In this document: in pieces, positions 1-64,000 of the stretch
Layout: each line of letters begins with the position of its first letter
Numbering within the stretch: the stretch's first letter is position 1
Source of the DNA: Octopus bimaculoides
Lineage: Eukaryota
NCBI RefSeq assembly: GCF_001194135.2
Contig: NC_069003.1
Coordinates: 33,317,637-33,381,636 of the forward strand
Length of the DNA: 64,000 bases
Direction of reading: 5' to 3'
The notes under the pieces: model-generated
The model's database searches: none
What the model saw: only the letters and a program-made list of their open reading frames with translations
Told to the model about the DNA's origin: nothing
Program-made: the position numbers and the translations under genes

Positions 1-34
<34 letters not shown>

Positions 35-41
35 GTCGTCG

Positions 42-67
<26 letters not shown>

Positions 68-75
<8 letters not shown>

Positions 76-270
76 TTAGCATCTGTTTTCCTTGCTGGCA
101 TGGGTTAGATGGTTTGACTGGAACTGGTAAGCTAGAGAACTGCACCAGGCTCGTCTGTTTTGGCTTGGTTTCTATGGCTAGATGCCCTTTGTAACACCAA
201 CCACTCCACAGAGTGTAGTGGATACCTTTCACGTGTCACCAGCATGGGTGACTTTTAAGTATCACTGGCA
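68..270 (+). mobile_element. SINE-like family B ((CAT)n-ttaacgtcc...catgctagcatggg...gctggatgcccttcc)
   Basis: Also near 1740, 10380 and 63735 (+), and 38155, 39540 and 41365 (-). Confidence 0.8.
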
Positions 271-278
271 CAGGGAAA

Positions 279-317
<39 letters not shown>

Positions 318-371
318 ATTATATGTGCAACTGTGTATATTATTTTGTTCCTTTCTATTTTTTCTTACAAG

Positions 372-56075
<55,704 letters not shown>

Positions 56076-56491
56076 ACATCCAGTGGACAGGTGTGTTGGG
56101 TTGTTACAGAGGAAGTGTGAGGCCAGGATTAGCAGTAAGATGATGGTAAAGAGTAAAGAAATGCAGGCTGACAATATATAATGAGGTTTGCTGTGGGGGT
56201 GTCTCGGGGACAGAGCCAAAGGGGCAACAGCATTGCAGTATTCTCGGAATCCCTTCAATAACTTTTGGAGTCTTTCACAAACAGTTCCACTTGTAATGTG
56301 GGTTTTTGTTTCTACCCTTAGGTTTATATTTTCAATTATAGCCCCATGATAATTGATATGCATGTGAGTCCTGTGAATTTTGTTTATTTTTAATCAACTA
56401 ATAGCATTCAATTGTAGCCAAGAACCCTCCTACATCGATCTGAACTCAGCACTGTAAGTTAACACAATACTTCATTATATAGTACCATTAA

Positions 56492-56702
56492 GAGGCGAGC
56501 TGGCAGAAACGTTAGCACGTCAGGTGAAATGCTTAGCGGTATTTCATCTGCCTTTACGTTCTGAGTTCAAATTCCGCTCTGGTCAACTTTGCCTTTCATC
56601 CTTTCAGGGGGTCAATAAATTAAGTACCAGTTGCGTACTGGGGTCAATCTAATTGACAAGCCCCACTTCCCCAAAATTCTAGGCCTTGTGCCTAAAGTAG
56701 AA
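56492..56702 (+). mobile_element. SINE-like family A in the 3' region of the protease gene
   Basis: ggcgagctggcagaaacgttagcacg...ggccttgtgcc. Confidence 0.85.
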
Positions 56703-56993
56703 AAAACAATATTGTGCCACTCCTCCATTACCACCCCCACCACCTCATGGTACCTATTATTTCACAGTTACATGACCTGGCTAACAGACACAATATGTGT
56801 CTAAATTCCAGACTGTGTCCCGAAGCTGGAACCCTCACAACTAAAAACACACAAGCTTCACAAACAGTTCTGTAGAAATGTATATATATTGCATTGAATA
56901 CACATCATGGTTTATATGTTTATGTATATAAAATGAACATGGAATATTTCTAAACTTGCATACATTATTAAACCACAACTTATACACACACAC

Positions 56994-56999
56994 AATAAA
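56994..56999 (+). promoter_or_regulatory. Candidate AATAAA polyadenylation signal of the protease gene
   Basis: An AATAAA outside a SINE, about 0.9 kb after the stop. No transcript evidence. Confidence 0.25.
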
Positions 57000-58658
57000 G
57001 ATTCATTAATTTGGAATTAGAAATGAACAAACTCAGTGATGAGAATTGAAACTGGCATCTCTTGCTTAACAGGCAGAAGTGTCACATGGTTTGATTCCAG
57101 AAAGTGGGTTGGTCGTGTCATTTCAGTTACAAACTGGTGTTTAAATCCAAAACTTACCTCTTTGTTGATCTACTTCATTATATGAATCTGTCATATATAC
57201 ATACATACGCTCACTTTTGTTATATATATATATGTACACATTTGTATCTATTATATATATATATATTGCTTTATCTTCCAATTCAGATTATCCTTTTTCC
57301 CATAAATAAACTTGAACTGGACAAAATTAAGCAATAAAGATTCAACACTATTCCATTCTTCAAATCTTTCTCGTAGTCTTTTGCAATCTCACAGGTAAAC
57401 TAAGCTTGTAACCTAGCAAAGGAAGGACCAAGTTATCTCCCTTCTGCAGACGTAAATTCAATGTTTTACACAGCTACGCACAAATTCATCACACACACAG
57501 ATGTATATGTATCTTAAATTTCACATGATGGTCTTCTGTTTACTGTCACAGAGCCCGAGTCGACATGAGGCTATAGCAGAAAACATTTGCCTAAGTTTTT
57601 CCACTACTACTGGTCAATGAATCTCATGTTCGTTCACATTTTCAAAACCAGTATAAGTGCACATTTGGTCGATTTCATGATAACCATTGAAACACAATCT
57701 GCTGGTTTCTTGCACGTGAAATTTGTTTCAGTCAAACTGGGATAGGTGCCATACATAAGACAGTGGGCAAATCTTAGTCTTCCAGTCAGACTCAGATATA
57801 TTCAAATTGTTTTGAACAATTACTCAAAAGTCATTCTGATGCATATATCAGGTTTTGAAAGTAAGTTCATCATATTTTCATAGTTGAGCTGAACTGGCAA
57901 CGGTTACCTTGGTTTTGCAATAACAAATGAGCAATACCAGGACTAGATAATTTGGTTTCAAATACAGAGAGAGTGAAAATGAAAAACTTATTCAGTTACC
58001 TTGTCTTTGAGCAATTTGATGAGCTGATTGTATTGCCACATACACGTTCTTTTAGCTTCCATTGTAAAATAGAATGTTTACCATTCTGTTAAGCAATGGA
58101 ACAATAAACAACTGTTCTGTTGTAATGGACTATGGCCATGCTGGGGCACCACCTTGAAGGGTTTCAGTTAAATGAATTGACCCAGGTATTTTTGAAAGCT
58201 GGATGCTTATTCTATCAGTTTCTTTTTCGGAATCACTAAGTTCTGGAGATGTAAACAAACCAACACAGGGTGTAATATTGGTCCCGAGAGACAATCACAA
58301 TCACACACATACATGAAGGACTTCTTTCAATCTCCGTCAACCAATTCTACTCTGAAGGCTTTAGTCTGCCTGGAACTAGACCCTCTGCAGTGGGACTGAA
58401 CCTGGAACCATGTGCATGGGAAGAACAGAAATAAAACTAAAAAGAAAGAAAAACAGACACAGATACAGGTCTTAGAAATCTTTACAATAGTTTTTTTGTA
58501 TTTTTATTTTGAACATTTCTTTTTTTAGATTATATATTATTATACAATATTTTGTTATCTGGCTGAAAATATTTTATATAATATACATATGTATATTTAT
58601 ATTATATGTATGCATGTATGTGTGTATATATTTATAAATATACATGTTTATAAGTATG

Positions 58659-58742
<84 letters not shown>

Positions 58743-61700
58743 CACATACATGTGTATATATGTGAAAAATAAACTGAAAATATAAAATTATTCCTTATGG
58801 TTGGCATAAGACCATAAAAATTTGGAAGGTAGGAAGGTATAGTTGATTAGTACTGAACCCCAGCGGTTGACTAGTATTCTATTTTTTCCTTCTTTATTCT
58901 TAGGATGGAAAAAAGCAAAACCAACTTGGGGCAGGATTAGGGGGGAGAGGGGGAGGGATTAAACTCAAACTACAAAAGATGTCAGGAAATTCAATAAAAT
59001 ATGTTATTTGTATCATTATCATCAGTCTAGAAAAGCTGTTTCAAAGTAGAAACAGTTGATATTTTAAAGGTGAGTGAAACCTGCAAACAACAATAAATGA
59101 AAGAGAGAGACGGGGGGGGGGNNNNNNNNNNNNNNNNNNNNNNNNNNNNNNNNNGGGGGTTTAGAGAAAATAAACCAGAGTTTTTTTTTCAACACTCAGT
59201 TTCAGCAGGATTCACTTGCTATATTTGCTGGTGTATAAGACAAACCCCATCTTTTTTAATAGAAAACAAAAGAAATTTATATACACTCAAACCCTCTATA
59301 TCCCATCTATAACACAGTCACATTAGATTTATGGCAATTTTTTTTTTTTTTTGTTATATATAAGAATTAAAACAATCAGGTCTTATACACCAACATATGT
59401 GATACTTTGAAAATATGAAGAAGGCTCTCACTGTTCAAGTTTAATTTTAGCCAAACAATGTATTTAATTTAATAAATAAGAATATACCAGAATAAAAGAC
59501 GTGGTGATTGTGTGGATCCCCAGTTTCAATTCTGTTTGCATTATTTCACCAAAGATGGTGAACCGGCAGATTTGTTATCGCACCAGACAAAGTGCTTGGC
59601 AGCATTTCTACCAGTTTTGCATTCAGAGTTCAAATTCTGCCTTTCATCCTTTCGGGGTCAATAAAATAAGTACCAGTCAAGTACTGGGGGTCAATGTAAT
59701 TGACTCACTCCTTCCTTCAAATCTACAGGCCTTGTGCTGAAAATTTAAAACAATTATTTCACTAAAGGTGGTGAGCTGGCAGAATTGGTAGCACGCCAGA
59801 CAAAATTATTAGTGGCATTTTTTTTCTAGCTTCACGTTCTGAGTTCAAATTCTGCCATGGTTATCTATTGACTTTCGTCCTTTTGGGGTGGATAACAAGA
59901 ATAGCATCCCCTAAGATTTCAAGTCCTGCACCCATAGGGAAAAGGAATTATTTCGCCAATGGGAGGGAGACGGTGGAGAAGTGAGTATCACCTGCCCTCC
60001 ACTGCCCTTAAGAAAAATTGGTGGTGGGTATTTGGTAACGTCAACCTCGGCAGGATTTGAACTCGGAATGTAACAGACTAACAACAAACATCTCAAGGTA
60101 TTTCATCCGACTACAATTCCACCAATTCATTGCCCTTGCAAGAACGACAACAATAATTTCGTCTTCTCTACGCACAAGGGCTGAAATTTGAGGGGAGGCG
60201 GGGGAGCCAATCAATTACATCGACCCCACCCAAGTGCTCAAACAGTTACTTTATAGTTTATTGAGCCCCCCCGTAAAGATGAGAGGCAAAATAAACCTCA
60301 GTGGAATTTGAACTCAGAATGTAAAGTCAGAAGAAATGCTGGTAGCATTTCACCCAGCATGCTAACAATTGTGCCAGCTCACCACCTAAATCATAATAAT
60401 AATAATAATAATGCACAATATGAAGAGTACAATACAATATGGAATGAAATACAGATTGACTTTCTGCTTACTGAACTATGCAATATTTTGACAGTATGTT
60501 TGAACCTGAAGACGGCCAGACAGACATGCCATTGAAATATTGTTCAGTTCAAATAAACAGGGTACATATGTATCTCGTTTACATATTGCATTGTACTCTT
60601 CTTACTGTGTATATCACCTTCATGAAAAGCTACATCAAATATCATATAATAATAATAATAATAATACTTATAACAAAATAATGGTAATTTTTTAAAATTA
60701 TTCCTAAAGGTAACATGAAGTACTCCATTTCAGTGTTCTTTTTTAAAAAAAAAAAACATTAAAAACAGACATTTAAAAAAAAAGTAAAAGTCATTTTTCA
60801 ATTTATACAAAAAAAAAGTTTTTTTTTTAACAAGGTTACCTTCCTTTATAGAATTTTTAGAGNNNNNNNNNNNNNNNNNNNNNNNNNNNNNNNNNNNNNN
60901 NNNNNNNNNNNNNNNNNNNNNNNNNNNNNNNNNNNNNNNNNNNNNNNNNNNNNNNNNNNNNNNNNNNNNNNNNNNNNNNNNNNNNNNNNNNNNNNNNNNN
61001 NNNNNNNNNNNNNNNNNNNNNNNNNNNNNNNNNNNNNNNNNNNNNNNNNNNNNNNNNNNNNNNNNNNNNNNNNNNNNNNNNNNNNNNNNNNNNNNNNNNN
61101 NNNNNNNNNNNNNNNNNNNNNNNNNNNNNNNNNNNNNNNNNNNNNNNNNNNNNNNNNNNNNNNNNNNNNNNNNNNNNNNNNNNNNNNNNNNNNNNNNNNN
61201 NNNNNNNNNNNNNNNNNNNNNNNNNNNNNNNNNNNNNNNNNNNNNNNNNNNNNNNNNNNNNNNNNNNNNNNNNNNNNNNNNNNNNNNNNNNNNNNNNNNN
61301 NNNNNNNNNNNNNNNNNNNNNNNNNNNNNNNNNNNNNNNNNNNNNNNNNNNNNNNNNNNNNNNNNNNNNNNNNNNNNNNNNNNNNNNNNNNNNNNNNNNN
61401 NNNNNNNNNNNNNNNNNNNNNNNNNNNNNNNNNNNNNNNNNNNNNNNNNNNNNNNNNNNNNNNNNNNNNNNNNNNNNNNNNNNNNNNNNNNNNNNNNNNN
61501 NNNNNNNNNNNNNNNNNNNNNNNNNNNNNACATATATATATATATATATATACATACATATACACACATGTACATATATGGACATTTTGCAAAAATGGCT
61601 TTTCTGTTCCAGATGAGGCAGGGGGGGGGACAGCCCCCAAAACAGGTGATTCTTCTCTTGTATAACACACGTACTTATCTGAACTCACAAATATATACAC

Positions 61701-61952
61701 ACTCATGTAACCACATAGATACACACTTACAGAACCACACACACACAGTATTTACACACACATATACACATGCACATAATTATACATATGAAAGAGACAC
61801 AGATATGGATATCTATGTCACACACAAACATCTATATACACATATACACACACATCTTTTATTTGTTTCAGTCATTAGACTGCGGTCATGCTGGGGCACC
61901 ACCTTGAAGAATACACACACACACACACACACATATATATATNNNNNNNNNN

Positions 61953-61996
<44 letters not shown>

Positions 61997-62253
61997 TTAC
62001 GTATGTGCACACGGACATTTACATATAGAACATTACCACAAAAATATTTGTTGTATAAACTGATAGTGTATTAACAGCAGTTAACTGATTGATGCAATGG
62101 TAGTGATGGTAGAAGTAGTAGTAGTAGTAGTAGTTCTCTCACTGTTGTCACTATAATCATCACCATCATCATCGTCATCAGCAACAACAACTCCTACTAC
62201 TACAGCAAGTCTGCTCTCCAGCAAACCCCATCCTGGTGGCAGCAAACACCTCG

Positions 62254-62463
62254 CTACGACTTATATTGGCCATAGCCGAAGGCAAGCAGGACCTCATCGA
62301 TGCAGACATCGTCTTCCCCACAGGTATCGATCAACACAACGGGAACCGCACTCTCCATCCCCGGCGTTACTGATGCTGCTGATCCGGAGTCTGTCGCTGT
62401 CGATGTGTCTTTAACGATGCAAGCGAAGCACTTGTTGTTGGCCAGTTCCAAAAACTTATATTT
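62254..62463 (-). CDS. Tudor-domain gene, last coding exon (5' end lies in the N-gap); TDRD7-like extended Tudor C-terminus
   Basis: KYKFLELANNKCFACIVKD...VPVVLIDTCGEDDVCIDEVLLAFGYGQYKS* resembles the SN-like tail (V.L.DT...D..I). The subfamily call is from memory of family motifs only. Confidence 0.8.
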   Translation of the reverse strand, partial: KYKFLELANNKCFACIVKDTSTATDSGSAASVTPGMESAVPVVLIDTCGEDDVCIDEVLLAFGYGQYKS

Positions 62464-63057
62464 NNNNNNNNNNNNNNNNNNNNNNNNNNNNNNNNNNNNN
62501 NNNNNNNNNNNNNNNNNNNNNNNNNNNNNNNNNNNNNNNNNNNNNNNNNNNNNNNNNNNNNNNNNNNNNNNNNNNNNNNNNNNNNNNNNNNNNNNNNNNN
62601 NNNNNNNNNNNNNNNNNNNNNNNNNNNNNNNNNNNNNNNNNNNNNNNNNNNNNNNNNNNNNNNNNNNNNNNNNNNNNNNNNNNNNNNNNNNNNNNNNNNN
62701 NNNNNNNNNNNNNNNNNNNNNNNNNNNNNNNNNNNNNNNNNNNNNNNNNNNNNNNNNNNNNNCGCCACCGCCGCCAGGGACGTAAACACACCAACATCGG
62801 TTGTCAAGCGATGGTGGGGGGCACAAACAGAGGCACACATAAATATATATATATATGTATGTATACAATGGGCTTGTTTCAGTTTCCATCTACCAGATCC
62901 ACTCACAAAGCTTTGGTCTGCCCAAGGTGCCACGCAGTGGGATTGAACCCAGAACCATGTGGTTGGGAAGGAAGCTTCTTACCACATAGCAATGCCTGTG
63001 CAAACATATAAAACAAGAATAAAAGAGGGGGGGGGTTAATAAAGAAGCTGGCCTTAC

Positions 63058-63172
63058 TGTGTAATTTACATGTAACAGACTGATATGGAAGACCCCAAAA
63101 TTCTTCCGGAAGGGGCTTCAGGTTCTCTGTATATTCAAAATCATATCCACCATAATCAGCATACCAGACAAA
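63058..63172 (-). CDS. Tudor-domain gene, second-last coding exon
   Basis: ttccag acceptor, a|gtaagg donor; FVWYADYGGYDFEYTENLKPLPEEFWGLPYQSVTCKLH matches Tudor DYG and extended-Tudor LP.QA..C.L. Confidence 0.88.
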
Positions 63173-63400
63173 CTGGAAGGAAGAAGAATTGAGAGAGAGA
63201 GAGAGAGAAGAACTATCATTATTATAGCCGCCATTGTCACTTTCATCACCATCATCATCATCATTTCAATCATCACCACCACTGCATTCACCACCATCAT
63301 CAATATCAATTACCACCATCACCACCATCGCACTCATCATCACTACAACCATCATCATCATCATCAAGTTATGCAAAGCAAGCAGCCAGGTGTAACTTAC

Positions 63401-63511
63401 ATAACCTCCGTCTTCACAGACTGACGATGGCACTACTCGATACCAGACATCATCAATGTTCGATACGTACAGGTGTGACAACAGGATGTCGTCATCAGTT
63501 AGTGTGACCAG
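63401..63511 (-). CDS. Tudor-domain gene, third-last coding exon
   Basis: tttcag acceptor, tat|gtaagt donor; LVTLTDDDILLSHLYVSNIDDVWYRVVPSSVCEDGGY contains the Tudor D..WYR motif. Confidence 0.85.
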
Positions 63512-63734
63512 CTGAAACGGAAAAGAGAAACACTGTCACGTATGGATCAGGAGGGAGTAGTGCTAGGACCCTGGTTCAAACTCAGTCCGATACCGTTTGT
63601 ACATGCAGGAAGTGTCTATGCAGTTGTTCAGCATGCAAGAAATGGCAACCTAAATTTCCCTCAAATTATTACCCTACTGTCTTGAAAAAAAAAAAAAAGA
63701 TGAACAACATAATTATATAAATACACACACAATC

Positions 63735-64000
63735 ATCATCGTTTAACGTCTGCTTTCCATGCTAGCATGGGTTGGACGACTTGACTGAGGACTGGTGAAA
63801 CCGGATGGCAACACCAGGCTCCAATCTAAATTTGGCAGAGTTTCTACAGCTGGATGCCCTTCCTAACGCCAACCACTCAGAGAGTGTATATATATGTGTA
63901 TTGGGCCTCACCGAGGCAATGACTACTGACCGAGACCTTTGGAAATGTGCTGTGCGTGAGAAGACCCGGCAAGCCAAGTGAGATCGTTGCCAGGGCCCCT
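63735..64000 (+). mobile_element. SINE-like family B copy in the Tudor gene intron
   Basis: catcatcatcgtttaacgtctgctttccatgctagcatgggttggacg... Confidence 0.85.

Overview
AT-rich animal genomic DNA with dense microsatellites and many short N-gaps. The SINE-like repeat families and (CA)n/(TA)n load suggest an octopus or other coleoid cephalopod; this is inference, not a database match. Most of the window is one + strand gene whose 5' end lies upstream. I traced 41 coding exons by hand from 372 to the stop at 56075. All have GT-AG introns and consistent phases, giving about 2,040 codons in the window. Domain order: SRCR tail - serine protease 1 - LDLa - MAM - 22 LDLa with S/T/P-rich linkers, a micro-exon and an orphan 3-Cys exon - SRCR - serine protease 2. 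This is a nudel-like mosaic protease. Both catalytic triads are intact, both activation sites have an aromatic P1, and neither domain has Asp189. On the - strand, the last three coding exons of an extended-Tudor-domain gene (63511 to 62254) converge tail-to-tail with it. The introns hold several SINE-like families, hAT, piggyBac-like and Tc1-like MITEs, a mariner remnant, CR1/L2 LINE tails, a gag-only Gypsy LTR element with both LTRs, PBS, PPT and TSD, Penelope-type hammerhead-ribozyme-like motifs, and a ~5.9 kb CpG-rich satellite with an internal inversion. Repeat boundaries are approximate. Extra frame-preserving exons could be hidden in the N-gaps.
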